Virus record (IMG/VR): IMGVR_UViG_3300045988_087270
Span: 1-64,000 of that record
Strand: one strand, 5' to 3'
Source: a virus
DNA: 64,000 bases
Positions 47,766-58,480 of this stretch are shown one piece after another (positions within the stretch are counted from its first letter, which is position 1; each line of letters opens with the position of its first letter). The notes beneath the pieces were generated by a model. The model ran no database searches, had not been told where the DNA came from, and saw only the letters and a list, made by a program, of their open reading frames with translations. The position numbers and the translations under genes were made by a program.

Positions 47766-49227
47766 TGATTTCGTTTGTATAGATAATTTCGATGGGTCTC
47801 TAGAAAGACCTAATATGATAGATAATCCTTTTGTAAAAGGAAATAATTGGTTAAGATTTATTGAAGAAGAAAAACAAATAACATTAGGAGAAGAACAATT
47901 ACAAGTATTGCACGATATAATTGATATTATATTAGATAATTTCAAACAAAAAGACTTTTTAAATCCTATAAATTTAGGAGGAGCTGCTGGTTGTGGTAAG
48001 TCGCTTTGCACTAGCTTTCTCTTAGAGTGGATAAACACTAAAGGATTCCCTGTAAAATTATGTGCTCCCACTCATAAAGCAGCTCTAGTACTTAAAAAGT
48101 ATAATGATTATGATGCAACTACTCTACATAGTATGTTAGCATTATCTCCTAAAGTAGATATTCTTAAACTGGATATCAGAGAATTAAGATTCTTTGCTAC
48201 TAATGATAAAAAAATGTCTATACCATATGATGGGATTATCATCTGTGATGAAGCATCTATGGTAAGTAGCGATTTATATGATTTATTAGTAGAAAAATGT
48301 AGCTTAATGGGTACTATGATTATCTTTTGTGATGATTATGCTCAGTTAAATCCAGTAAAAGAAGATAAACAATCAAAAGTCTTTAGATGTAAACATCAAT
48401 TTAGATTGACTAAAATATACAGACAATCTGAAAAAAGTGGTCTTAAAGACATTTTACAGACACTTAGAGAGTCTCCAATACATCAATGGGATAACTGTGA
48501 AGGTGAGGATGGAAGTCTCTTTGTAGAGTCTAATTTAGAAAATTTTTGTAGAAAAGCAGTTTCGGAATTTAAATATGAGATAGAAGCTAAAGATATATTA
48601 CATACAAAAATTCTAGCTTATACTAATAATCGTGTAAATAACTATAATAAAGCTATTCATAAACTTTTATGGAATGATGATAATTTTCTTCATAAAGGAG
48701 AAATTTTAATGGCTTATGAGAATTTCAAAAAAGATGGTTATGAAGTAACTAATTCTATGGATTATATAGTGGAAGAATTTATTCCTACTATTATTAAAGT
48801 TCCATACTATACTAGTTGTAAAGGATATTTAGTTAAACTATATGATGAATATAGCAATACCTCTTTTGAAATTCCACTATTAGCTCCAGAAGAATGTAAT
48901 GAAGATTTAGCTATAGTTATAGAAACTATAAGAACTGAAGCAATAAATTCTCAAGGATACGATAGAAAAAAGAAATGGGGAATATATTATGATTTAATGG
49001 GAAGTTTTTGTACATCTAAAGATCTATTTACTGATGGTAGATGTATAAGAAAAGCTACTTTTAAATACGGGTATGCTATTACTACTCACCGTTCTCAAGG
49101 GTCTTCTTATGATAATGTATTTATAGATATGAAAGATATCTTTAGAGCTAAAGATAAAGAGACTCTTAGACAATTACAATATGTAAGTATGTCTAGAACT
49201 AGAAATGATATAACTATGCTATTATGA
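47758..49227 (+). CDS. Dda/RecD-like SF1 DNA helicase
   Basis: Walker A GGAAGCGKS, motif II IICDEASMV, motif VI ITTHRSQGSSYD. Confidence 0.65.
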   Translation: MGSDFVCIDNFDGSLERPNMIDNPFVKGNNWLRFIEEEKQITLGEEQLQVLHDIIDIILDNFKQKDFLNPINLGGAAGCGKSLCTSFLLEWINTKGFPVKLCAPTHKAALVLKKYNDYDATTLHSMLALSPKVDILKLDIRELRFFATNDKKMSIPYDGIIICDEASMVSSDLYDLLVEKCSLMGTMIIFCDDYAQLNPVKEDKQSKVFRCKHQFRLTKIYRQSEKSGLKDILQTLRESPIHQWDNCEGEDGSLFVESNLENFCRKAVSEFKYEIEAKDILHTKILAYTNNRVNNYNKAIHKLLWNDDNFLHKGEILMAYENFKKDGYEVTNSMDYIVEEFIPTIIKVPYYTSCKGYLVKLYDEYSNTSFEIPLLAPEECNEDLAIVIETIRTEAINSQGYDRKKKWGIYYDLMGSFCTSKDLFTDGRCIRKATFKYGYAITTHRSQGSSYDNVFIDMKDIFRAKDKETLRQLQYVSMSRTRNDITMLL

Positions 49228-49493
49228 TTGATGTATTATTGATTCATAATAATCCAGCATTAGTAGAATTGTTTAAAAACTCCTATAATGGAGAAGCTTT
49301 TTTACAATTCTTAGATAGAGGTTCTAAAGTAGAACGTAGTAAAGCTTATAAGATACAACAAGAATGGGGTAGTAATCAAACTCCATTTGCATTAGTTAAA
49401 AAAGATGATAAGGTTATTAAAGCCTTTTATGCAGAAGATAAAGATAATGTAATTTCTAAATTAATATCTTATTTAAATGAGCACAACTATTAA
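49224..49493 (+). CDS. hypothetical protein
   Basis: 89 aa. Confidence 0.4.
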   Translation: MIDVLLIHNNPALVELFKNSYNGEAFLQFLDRGSKVERSKAYKIQQEWGSNQTPFALVKKDDKVIKAFYAEDKDNVISKLISYLNEHNY

Positions 49494-49971
49494 TATTCCA
49501 GTAATTAATAAATCTAGTAATGAACTTCCTAAGTATGCACATAAAGGTGATGCAGGTTTTGATCTCAGAGCTAATGTAGAAGAAATTAAAAATGATAATT
49601 ATTTGTTTAATGCTATTAAATTTAATGCTACTACAATAATTCTTAATCCTGGAGGTAGAGTACTTATTCCAACAGGTTTATATATGGCAATTCCTGAAGG
49701 TTATGAGCTTCAAATTCGTCCTCGTAGTGGTTTGGCTTTGAAATACGGTATTACCGTAGTAAATACTCCAGGAACAATCGATTCAACTTATAGAGGTAAT
49801 ATTGGAGTTATTCTTAAAAATGATGGTACTGAGCCTTTTATAATTGAACAAGGTGATAGAATTGCACAAGGAGTACTTAATAAAGTAGAAGAGGCTAATC
49901 TTATAGAAACAGATTCTTTGGATGAGACAGATAGATCTGATAGTGGTTATGGTAAGTCTGGAGTAAAGTGA
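49477..49971 (+). CDS. dut: dUTP pyrophosphatase
   Basis: GDAGFDL, RPRSGLALKYG, GTIDSTYRG and the C-terminal SDSGYG motif. Confidence 0.75.
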   Translation: MSTTINIPVINKSSNELPKYAHKGDAGFDLRANVEEIKNDNYLFNAIKFNATTIILNPGGRVLIPTGLYMAIPEGYELQIRPRSGLALKYGITVVNTPGTIDSTYRGNIGVILKNDGTEPFIIEQGDRIAQGVLNKVEEANLIETDSLDETDRSDSGYGKSGVK

Positions 49972-50270
49972 TAAGTAAAGAAAGATTTTGTGATTCCTTG
50001 AGAGATATTTTACATTACCAAAGAGAACTAGATAAACTCGAAAATACTTTAGGTTGTGTAATATGTGAATCATCTATATGTGAATCTGTAACTTTTATTA
50101 TAACTAGTTTAATAAGAACTTTAGCTAATGATGATTCTGAAACTAGAGATGATATTGAATGGTGGCTATATGAAGATGTAGAAAAAGAATGGGTTATAGA
50201 TGGAGAACTTATAAAAGTAAAAACTCCTGAACAATTTTATGATGCTTTAAAGAAATTGAATCGTGTCTGA
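49968..50270 (+). CDS. hypothetical protein
   Basis: 100 aa. Confidence 0.45.
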   Translation: MISKERFCDSLRDILHYQRELDKLENTLGCVICESSICESVTFIITSLIRTLANDDSETRDDIEWWLYEDVEKEWVIDGELIKVKTPEQFYDALKKLNRV

Positions 50271-51504
50271 CTTATTTGAAAAAGAATTTCAAACAAATGC
50301 TTATTTAGTATCTAAAGATGCTAAAGGTAAAGTTAGATGTGTAAGACTATGGTATGAGTGGAGTGATTCCGCTCATGCCTATCTTATTAAAAGACAGTCT
50401 TGGCAATTAAATGGTAAAAGACTGGACCATCCAGATATTCCTATAAAGAAAGGATTAGTCAGTAGAACTCTTAGGGAACAAACTCAACTTCAGTTTAACT
50501 CTAAACTTAAAGAATATAAAGATAAAGGTTATAAAGAAGTTGAAGAAGATCCTGATAATAAAGATGAAAAAATAATTTTAAATTTTCTTCCTGAGTATAA
50601 TACTGACTCTTATAACCATATTAAACCTATGTTGGCTAAACAAGAGAAAAAAGTTATTAAACGAGAAATATTTGATAATGAATGGTTAGCTAGTAGGAAA
50701 ATTAATGGATTAAGATGTTGCTTTTATTGGGATGGTAAGCATATTAAAACTTACTCAAGAGGTGGGGAAAATTATGATTTATCTACCCAACATTTAACTA
50801 AACATCCAATTTTAATAGAAATTTTTAAAAAATTTCCAACATTAGTATTAGATTCAGAATTATATAAACATGGAAAATCTTTGCAACAAATATCTGGAGC
50901 AGCCAGATTAGAAAGAAATGTAGTAGATTGTGATTGGTTAGAAATTTATTGTTATGATTGTTTCTTTACCAATAAAATGGGAGTTCCTGCAAAACAACGT
51001 GAGTTATTTCTTATAAAACTATTTAAAAGTTATAACATATATGGGTTTAATCCTATTAGAGAATGGAAACAAGGAGAACTTCAAATACAATTAGTACCTC
51101 AAGTAAAAGTATCAGGTTGGGAAAACATTGAAAAATTACATAATAAATATGTTTCTGAAGGATTTGAGGGTGTTGTATTAAGAGATCCTGATAAGCCTTA
51201 TAAGCCAAATTCTAGAGGTAATCAAATGATAAAAGTAAAACATTACTTAGATGCTACTTATAAAGTTATCGACTATGAATTAGGATTACGAGGTTCAGAG
51301 GATATGACTTTTATTTTACAAATGCCTAATGGGAAAACTTTTAAAGCAAGTCCAATGGGAGATAGAGCTATAAAAGCTGATTATGTCGAAAATTTTGATA
51401 AAAAATATAAAAATCATTTAGGGGATTGTAAATATTTTGAAATATCCGATAGTGGAATTCCTTGTCAGCCAAAATTCACAGTATTTAGGTTTGATTTAGA
51501 ATAA
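50263..51504 (+). CDS. ATP-dependent DNA ligase
   Basis: Motif I KINGLR, LDSELY, EGVVLR and MIKVK motifs in order. Confidence 0.65.
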   Translation: MSDLFEKEFQTNAYLVSKDAKGKVRCVRLWYEWSDSAHAYLIKRQSWQLNGKRLDHPDIPIKKGLVSRTLREQTQLQFNSKLKEYKDKGYKEVEEDPDNKDEKIILNFLPEYNTDSYNHIKPMLAKQEKKVIKREIFDNEWLASRKINGLRCCFYWDGKHIKTYSRGGENYDLSTQHLTKHPILIEIFKKFPTLVLDSELYKHGKSLQQISGAARLERNVVDCDWLEIYCYDCFFTNKMGVPAKQRELFLIKLFKSYNIYGFNPIREWKQGELQIQLVPQVKVSGWENIEKLHNKYVSEGFEGVVLRDPDKPYKPNSRGNQMIKVKHYLDATYKVIDYELGLRGSEDMTFILQMPNGKTFKASPMGDRAIKADYVENFDKKYKNHLGDCKYFEISDSGIPCQPKFTVFRFDLE

Positions 51505-51593
51505 TACTAAAATTTTACTAAAAATATCTAGACTAATTATTTTTAATAGACTATATTGATACTATTAATTAAAATGTTAAAATATTTTTAGTA

Positions 51594-52799
51594 ATGACAA
51601 AAAAGGAAAAATTTATTACTCAAGCAATTGAAAAATTTGGTGGCAAATTTGATTATTCTAAAGTAACAGATATTAATAATAAAGAAATAGATAAAATTAC
51701 AATTATATGTCCTATACATGGTGAATTTGAGACTACTCCTAAGTCATTTTTAATATCTAAATATGGTTGTAAAAAATGTGCTAATCAACAAAAAGGAAAA
51801 CATTATCGAACAGATAAAAATAATTTAAGTTCTGTTGATACACATATTCCACATATAGAAAATCCTATTATATCAAAATCTTTAGTCGTGGGTACTGTAT
51901 ACTGTTTTATTAATAGTATTAATGGTAAAAAATATATTGGAGAAACAGTAAAAAAAGATTATACTGATAGATTTAATGAACATAGAAGTAAAAGTGAAAG
52001 AGGAGTAGTAACTTATTTCTATAATGCTATCAGAAAATATGGATGGGATGCTTTTAATAAATATATCCTATACCAAACTGAACCATATAAAGATACTGAA
52101 GAGAATAGAAAAAAATTAAATGATATTGTAAATAAAAAAGAGATTGAATTTATTAATAAATACAACACTACAAATCCTAATTTTGGCTATAATTTAACAA
52201 AAGGAGGAGACGGAGTTTTAGGTTACCATTTTTCTAAAGAAACCAGAGAAAAAATGAGTAAATCTCATCAAGGGGAAAAACATTGGAATTATGGTAAAAG
52301 AAATAAAGGTAAATCTAGAACAATTTTACAATTTGATTTAGATGGAAATTATATAGCAGAGTTTCCATCTATGGCAGAAATTACACGACAATTAGGATAT
52401 AGAGCTAATAATGTATGTAGATGTTGTAATAATTTAATAGATTCTTATATGGGATATATTTGGGTACGAAAAGATGATTATTATGAAGGCTATATTCAAA
52501 AATACAAATCAAGAGCAAAATGTAAATCTAATGATAAAGAAGTTTTACAATATACTTTTTTAGGAGATTATGTAGCTTCCTATATAAGTTGTGCAGAAGC
52601 AAAAAGAACTTTAAAAATGGGATATAGCCCTTCAGGAGCTGCTTCTGGAACTGATTTTTCAGCAGGAGGTTATATATGGATATATAAAAAAGATTTTACA
52701 GAAGATTTATTAAAAGAAAAATTAGAGCTTGTAAAAAGTAGCCGCAGTTATAAAAAAATTGTGAGTAATCTTAAACAATCTTGCTCTAATATACAATAA
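51594..52799 (+). CDS. GIY-YIG homing endonuclease (free-standing, Seg/I-TevI-like)
   Basis: GTVYCF...KKYIGET...RFNEH GIY-YIG core followed by NUMOD-like repeats (ETREKMSKSHQGEKHWNYGK). Confidence 0.6.
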   Translation: MTKKEKFITQAIEKFGGKFDYSKVTDINNKEIDKITIICPIHGEFETTPKSFLISKYGCKKCANQQKGKHYRTDKNNLSSVDTHIPHIENPIISKSLVVGTVYCFINSINGKKYIGETVKKDYTDRFNEHRSKSERGVVTYFYNAIRKYGWDAFNKYILYQTEPYKDTEENRKKLNDIVNKKEIEFINKYNTTNPNFGYNLTKGGDGVLGYHFSKETREKMSKSHQGEKHWNYGKRNKGKSRTILQFDLDGNYIAEFPSMAEITRQLGYRANNVCRCCNNLIDSYMGYIWVRKDDYYEGYIQKYKSRAKCKSNDKEVLQYTFLGDYVASYISCAEAKRTLKMGYSPSGAASGTDFSAGGYIWIYKKDFTEDLLKEKLELVKSSRSYKKIVSNLKQSCSNIQ

Positions 52800-52810
52800 T
52801 TTAATTATAT

Positions 52811-53500
52811 ATGACGAAAATTTGTGCACTAAGTGACCTACATGGTCATCTACCAAAAATTGAACCTTGTGAGTTAGTATTAATAGCAGGAGATATTGTT
52901 CCTTTAAATATTCAATTTGATAATACTGCATCTACCTTATGGTTTTTAGATGAGTTTACAAAATGGATTGATTCTCTTTCTTGTGATGAAGTTATTATGA
53001 TTGCAGGTAATCACGATAAACTTATAGAAAGAGCTTCTTTTATAATTCATGCAGTAGAATCTAAAACTGATTTTAAACTTACATATTTGTCAGGAACTAC
53101 TTATGAATATGTGGCTAGGAATCTTGAACATTATAAAATATATGGCTCTCCTTTCTGTCATAAGTTTGGTAACTGGGCATTTATGCAAAATGAAGAATGG
53201 TTAAAAGGTTATTATGATAATATTCCAGAAGATACTGATATAATTTTAACTCACGATACTCCAATGTTAGGAGATTTAGATTTATTACCTCCTAGTCAAT
53301 GGAATCCAAAAGCTATTCATGCTGGAGGTAGATCTTTAGCAAATGCTATTTGTAGAGTGCAGCCTAGATATGTATTTTGTGGGCATTTACATACTTGTAA
53401 AGATAAATATTTAAAATTAGATAATACAGAGATATATAACGTATCTATATTAGATAATGAATATAAAGAGATTTATAAACCATTATATTTAGACATCTAA
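52811..53500 (+). CDS. metallophosphoesterase
   Basis: SDLHGH, AGDIV, GNHD and GHLH motifs. Confidence 0.6.
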   Translation: MTKICALSDLHGHLPKIEPCELVLIAGDIVPLNIQFDNTASTLWFLDEFTKWIDSLSCDEVIMIAGNHDKLIERASFIIHAVESKTDFKLTYLSGTTYEYVARNLEHYKIYGSPFCHKFGNWAFMQNEEWLKGYYDNIPEDTDIILTHDTPMLGDLDLLPPSQWNPKAIHAGGRSLANAICRVQPRYVFCGHLHTCKDKYLKLDNTEIYNVSILDNEYKEIYKPLYLDI

Positions 53501-53501
53501 A

Positions 53502-53837
53502 ATGAAAGACGTAATAGCTAATGAAAAATTACCATACATTCCGGAGACCTTTACTCTTGGGTGTCATACCTTCAAAGTACAATTATATAAAGAATTATAC
53601 GACGATAATGACCCATTATATGGACAATTTGATTATGATGAACAGGTCATTAGAATCAGAATATTTAAAGATAATGGTAAGCCTTTATCAAGAGAATGTA
53701 TTCTTAATACATATTATCATGAACTTTTCCACACCTTTAACTATCTGTGGAATACTGGAAGCGATGAATCGCTTGCTAGTACTTTTGCAATATTAATGTG
53801 TGAATATGAAACAACTAGAAAATATGCCAAAAAGTAA
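53502..53837 (+). CDS. hypothetical protein with HExxH motif
   Basis: YYHELFH suggests a small metallopeptidase-like fold. The overlapping track ORF 53521-53796 in another frame is rejected. Confidence 0.4.
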   Translation: MKDVIANEKLPYIPETFTLGCHTFKVQLYKELYDDNDPLYGQFDYDEQVIRIRIFKDNGKPLSRECILNTYYHELFHTFNYLWNTGSDESLASTFAILMCEYETTRKYAKK

Positions 53838-54141
53838 AATACAAGTTCCAAAAGTAGTAACAGAGAGAAAACCTAAAACAAAATATGTTTCCCCTCTTAA
53901 AGATTATACAGTATCTTATGATGCGGTAATTAAGATTAAACAAACTAGTCTTCAGCCAATAATACCTTCTAAGGTTAGAGCAGATAAAAGAAAATTTGTA
54001 GGAAAACTTCCTGAAGAAGTTTCCAAACAATTAGCAAAACTTATATCAGAAGCTATTAAATTTTCATGTTCTTTTTGTACTGAAGTAATTTCTGTAGATA
54101 ATATAAAATTTGACCAAACTTTAATAAAAGAAGACCAATGA
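53800..54141 (+). CDS. hypothetical protein
   Basis: 113 aa. Confidence 0.4.
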   Translation: MNMKQLENMPKSKIQVPKVVTERKPKTKYVSPLKDYTVSYDAVIKIKQTSLQPIIPSKVRADKRKFVGKLPEEVSKQLAKLISEAIKFSCSFCTEVISVDNIKFDQTLIKEDQ

Positions 54142-54482
54142 TTTATTTTATTATAGCGGATACTAATTTCGGCTCTCATGTAGAACAAATATCTACTGAT
54201 TTTAATAAATTAAGAGAAAATTTTCCTGATGAGGTAATCTATACTACAGATTATATGAATGTAGATGATACTTTGTATAATATAATAGATTATTCCAATA
54301 TGCCATATAAACCTTATGATGGTACTGAGATAACTAATTGCTACTTATATCGTGATAAATTTTATGAGTGCGATGAAGATTTGCCAGAAGAATTAGATCC
54401 AGATGAATATATGTGTACCTATTATAGAACTTATACAAAAGGTATTCTAACTTCAACATGGCATAAAGATGGCTGGGTATAA
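54138..54482 (+). CDS. hypothetical protein
   Basis: 114 aa. Confidence 0.45.
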   Translation: MIYFIIADTNFGSHVEQISTDFNKLRENFPDEVIYTTDYMNVDDTLYNIIDYSNMPYKPYDGTEITNCYLYRDKFYECDEDLPEELDPDEYMCTYYRTYTKGILTSTWHKDGWV

Positions 54483-55293
54483 TTTAATCACAGACGATAG
54501 TGAAGCATTACAAGCTTATTTAAATAACATTACTCATTCTACTCCACTATCTTTAGAAGAAGAAAAAGAATGTGCTGATACTGGAAATTGGGAGAAATTA
54601 GTAAATGCTAATTTAAAGTTTGTAGTAACTGTAGCTAAAAAGTTTCAGAATAAAGGACTACCTTTATCTGATCTAATAGCTGAAGGAAATGTAGGTCTTA
54701 TTCATGCTAGCCACTTATATAAAAGTGAATATAATGTTAAATTTATAACTTATGCTGTATGGCATATAAATGAAGCTATTCGTAGAGCTATTCATTATAA
54801 AGCAGATACTGTTAGAGTTCCTGTAAGTCAAAAACTTACTTATAACAAAGCTGCTAAAGTTATAAATAAATATTGGCAAACTGAAGATAGACCTCCATCA
54901 GATGAAGAGTTAGAAGAAGCTACTGGTAAAACTATGAAACAAATTAATGGAGCTATAAATGCTAAAAAAATATGTATGTCTTTAGACACTCCATTAGGTA
55001 GTAATGATGATGACGGAGATTCTACTTTAGTAGATATTGTTAAAAATAATAATAGTCCTTTAGCTGACAATGATATAGAACAGTCTTATAAAACAAAAGT
55101 TATAAATAAAGTTTTAAATGGATTATCCAATAAGGAACATGATATAATAATGTTATGTTATGGATTTACTGGTCAGGAATATACTCCTGAGCTTATATCT
55201 CCTTTATTTGGATGTACGCCAGAACGTATAAGACAAATTAGAAAAGAGGCAATTAAAAAATTAAGAAAGAAAAAAATTCTTAAAAATGTTTAA
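54469..55293 (+). CDS. sigma-70 family RNA polymerase sigma factor
   Basis: Region 2 (KFQNKGLPLSDLIAEGNVGLIHA...FITYAVWHINEAIRRAI) and region 4 HTH (ISPLFGCTPERIRQIRKEAIKKLR). Confidence 0.65.
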   Translation: MAGYNLITDDSEALQAYLNNITHSTPLSLEEEKECADTGNWEKLVNANLKFVVTVAKKFQNKGLPLSDLIAEGNVGLIHASHLYKSEYNVKFITYAVWHINEAIRRAIHYKADTVRVPVSQKLTYNKAAKVINKYWQTEDRPPSDEELEEATGKTMKQINGAINAKKICMSLDTPLGSNDDDGDSTLVDIVKNNNSPLADNDIEQSYKTKVINKVLNGLSNKEHDIIMLCYGFTGQEYTPELISPLFGCTPERIRQIRKEAIKKLRKKKILKNV

Positions 55294-56711
55294 ATGATTT
55301 ATTTAGTTACCAAAGCTAAAACTTTATTTAAATCTTCTAAATATGAATGTATTTCCATAGAGAAAAGTAAAGAAATTATTAATTCTATGGGAAAAATTAG
55401 AGGGTTAGATACTGAAACTAGGGGATTAAATCCTCATACTAAAGCATTATTAACTGTTCAGATAGGTACTAAAGAAAATCAAGTAGTAATTGATTGTACT
55501 ACTATAAATATTTTGGAATATAAAAATATATTAGAAGATTCCGATATTTTATACATCTTAGCTAATGCTAAATTTGATACCCAATTCTTCTTTAAACATA
55601 ATATTATATTATCTAAAGTATGGGATGTAATGTTAGCTGAAAAAGTTAGATATTTGGGATATCCTAAAGGTAGTTTTCATGCTGACTTACAGACCCTTGA
55701 ATATAAGTATCTTAATAAACATATGGATAAAACTGTTAGGGGTAAAATTACTAAAGTTGGTCTAATTGAAGAAGTAATAGTTTATGCAGCTAATGATGTA
55801 GTAGATTTGGAAGATTTAATGAATGCTCAAATAAAAGCTTTAGAAAAAGAAGATTTGGTAAAGGCAGTACAATTAGAGAATAGATTTGTTATTCCATTGG
55901 CTTATATGGAATGGTGCGGAGTAAAATTAAACGTAGAAAAATGGAAAGCTAAAATGGTAAAAGATGCTAAACGTTTAAAAATTGCTCTAAATAAATTAAA
56001 TGATTGGGTAATAGAACATTATGGAAATGACTCTAGATTTACTAAGGTAGATTTACAAGGAGATTTATTTTCAGGATTTAATACTGACCCACAGTGTACT
56101 ATAAATTGGAATAGTGGAACTCAAGTAATTCCATTATTTAAAGCTATTGGAATAAATACTTCTACTATAGATAGTAAAACAAAGAAATTAAAAGATTCTG
56201 TAGATGCTAAATTATTAAAGCCTCAAGCTAAGGATTTTGAAATTCTTCCTATTTATCTAGATTATAAGGAAGCTCAAAAAGTATGTTCTACTTATGGACA
56301 AAACTGGTTAGACCAAATAAATCCAGAAACTGGTAGAGTATATACTAAGTTTAATCAGTTAGGTACTAATACTGCTAGAATATCTAGTGGCGGAAAAGAT
56401 AAAAATGCTAAAATAGAATATGTAAATTTTCTCAATCTTCCAGCAGACCCAGAAACTAGAAGTTGTTTTATTGCAGAGAAAGGTAATTCTTGGATTTCAA
56501 TAGACTACTCAGGGCAAGAAAGTTTCATTATGGCTTCTATTTCTAATGATAAAGCTTTAATACATGAATTAATGGAGGGAAGTGGGGATTTACACTCTCT
56601 AACTGCTTATATGAGTTATCCTGATCAAATACCAAGAGATACAAAAATAACAGAAATTAAAGAAAAATATCACCATCTTAGACAAGAAGCTAAAGGCATA
56701 GAATTTGCCAT
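55294..56711 (+). CDS. family A DNA polymerase, exon 1
   Basis: 3'-5' exo motifs (LDTETRGL, YAANDV), pol motif A IDYSGQESF, DLHSLTA, motif B start RQEAKGIEFAI; the ORF stops 2 codons into the intron. Confidence 0.7.
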
Positions 56712-56983
56712 TAATCCTTAAATTATTACAATTTTGTGGCACTCTATGGAAACATAGAGAATAAAAAATTGGGTGAATTGCAGGAACTTAAGGAAAATCT
56801 GCAGCCAAGCCAACCTTTAACAAAGTTGGAAGGTTCAACGACTAACTCTTGAAACTTCGTAAGAAGAATATAATAGAGACACGAGCGCCCAACACCTAAA
56901 CTATAAAGTAAGGTGATGAAATAGTCTAGCCTATATGGTAACATATAGAGCCTTGGATAAAGAGCCAAGGGTTAATACACGCG
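56712..56983 (+). mobile_element. ORF-less group I intron (td/IA2-like) in polA
   Basis: P1: exon gccat pairs with IGS gtggc at 56736-56740. P gaattgcagg, Q aatctgcagccaag, R gttcaacgactaac, S aaatagtctagcc, P9 hairpin ctatatggtaacatatag. Ends in G. Splicing gives AKGIEFAI|NYGGDF. Confidence 0.75.
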
Positions 56984-57452
56984 AAATTATGGTGGTGATT
57001 TTAATACTATTCACCGAAACAAAGGCATCTCTATAGAGGAAGCTAAAAAGATATATGAAAATTATATGTCAGGTTTCTCAGGATTAGCTAAATATCAAGA
57101 ATATTGTAGGAAAATAGTCATGGAAAAAGGCTATATACTTCTAAATCCTATAAGCAAATATAGAGCACATATATATGATTTTGAGTCTCTACGTTCAATG
57201 CAAGAAAAAATGCAAGATAGAGAATTTTGGAAGTATTATAGAGAAATGAAACGAGAATCTCCTAATTGTGATACAGTACAAGAAGTACGAGATTTCTTTA
57301 AGAAAAAAGGTGAGTGTGAAAGGAATAGTATAAATTATAGAATACAGCATACTGGAGCTTTATGTTATAAAGTAAGTATGATTTATTTCTTTAGATGGAT
57401 AGTAGAAAATAATCTTTTTAATAAGGTTTTAATTACTATTACCCCCTACGAT
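56984..57452 (+). CDS. family A DNA polymerase, exon 2
   Basis: Completes motif B (NYGG...EEAKKIYENYMSGFSGLAKY) and continues to ...KVLITITPYD. Confidence 0.65.
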
Positions 57453-58317
57453 AAATAATCTTGTCGTAGTAAAACGATGTTAATTGCTTGGAACTCCTAA
57501 AGATTTAATTACTAAATTATTGAAATAATAAACCAGTAAAAATATTAAATATGATTTTACCTCAGTTAAAAGAAATGGACAATAAGCAGCTTTATAATTT
57601 TACAAGAGAACAAACTCAAGTATTTCTAACAGGACTGCTAGGTGATGGATGTATATCTACTACAAATAGTGGTAGTTATATTTATACTACAAATTGTAAG
57701 CATCTTGAATATTTAGAATTTAAAAAGAAATTATTAGGTAAAGGAAATATTAGACTCCAAGAAAGAAATGGCTATAGTCAAACTCCTATATATACTATGT
57801 ATGGGGGAGCTTACCCAGAATTATTTGAGTTTAAAGAATTTACTGTTCAAGATGTTATTGAAAACTTAGATTTACTTGGGTTAGCATTATGGTTTTACGA
57901 TGATGGTAGCCTTCATAAAAGAGATTTACATTATAATTTAAATACTCAAAAGTTCCCAAAGTATATACAAGAAGGAATTTTTATTCCATGGTTTGATTCC
58001 TTAGGCATTAAAGCTAATTTAAGACATGATACAAAAAGAGGAAAAGAATTGTATTATTTAGGAATTAATAAATATGAAGGAGCTAATATTATTAGTGAAA
58101 TACTATCACGTTATCCATTAGATTGTTACTCTTATAAATTATGGAGTTCAGAGACTATCCTGAAATGGAGTAAGCTGCAAGAGCAGGTGAAAAGCATCGA
58201 TGAAAATCTTACTAATAGGCAATTAGCTTATAAGTGGAGGTTTTTATAAGATATAGTCCGAACCTATATGAAAGTATAGGAGAATATATGGAATCGATAT
58301 ATTCGTAACAATATATG
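57453..58317 (+). mobile_element. group I intron in polA with LAGLIDADG ORF
   Basis: P1: exon acgat pairs with IGS gtcgt at 57464-57468. 3' S box aagatatagtccgaacc and P9 hairpin cctatatgaaagtatagg (GAAA loop). Ends ...tatatG. Splicing gives ...TPYD|EINCEAP.... Confidence 0.65.
57551..58249 (+). CDS. LAGLIDADG homing endonuclease (intron-encoded)
   Basis: LTGLLGDGCIS and LALWFYDDGSL dodecapeptide motifs. Confidence 0.7.
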   Translation: MILPQLKEMDNKQLYNFTREQTQVFLTGLLGDGCISTTNSGSYIYTTNCKHLEYLEFKKKLLGKGNIRLQERNGYSQTPIYTMYGGAYPELFEFKEFTVQDVIENLDLLGLALWFYDDGSLHKRDLHYNLNTQKFPKYIQEGIFIPWFDSLGIKANLRHDTKRGKELYYLGINKYEGANIISEILSRYPLDCYSYKLWSSETILKWSKLQEQVKSIDENLTNRQLAYKWRFL

Positions 58318-58479
58318 GAGATTAATTGCGAAGCACCTATAGAAATAGCTGAAAAAGTAGCTACTAGACTTCACGCTATCATGGTTAGAGCTGGAGAGAT
58401 ATTCTGTACTAGATGTAAGTTAGATGCAGATATTTCTAGATGTAAAGATGGAACACTACCTAATTACTGGATTCATTAA
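58318..58479 (+). CDS. family A DNA polymerase, exon 3 (C-terminus)
   Basis: EINCEAPIEIAEKVATRLHAIMVRAGE...GTLPNYWIH* aligns to the PolI/T7 C-terminal region ending in the conserved His. Confidence 0.6.
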   Translation, partial: EINCEAPIEIAEKVATRLHAIMVRAGEIFCTRCKLDADISRCKDGTLPNYWIH

Positions 58480-58480
58480 A

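Noticed and set aside
53521-53796. Track ORF overlapping 53502-53837 in another frame
   Set aside because: It is entirely contained within a longer ORF that starts at the expected ATGA junction.
56712-58317. Inteins rather than introns in polA and nrdD
   Set aside because: The intervening sequences contain stop codons in the host-gene frame and carry group I RNA boxes, IGS complementarity and free-standing HE ORFs with their own starts.
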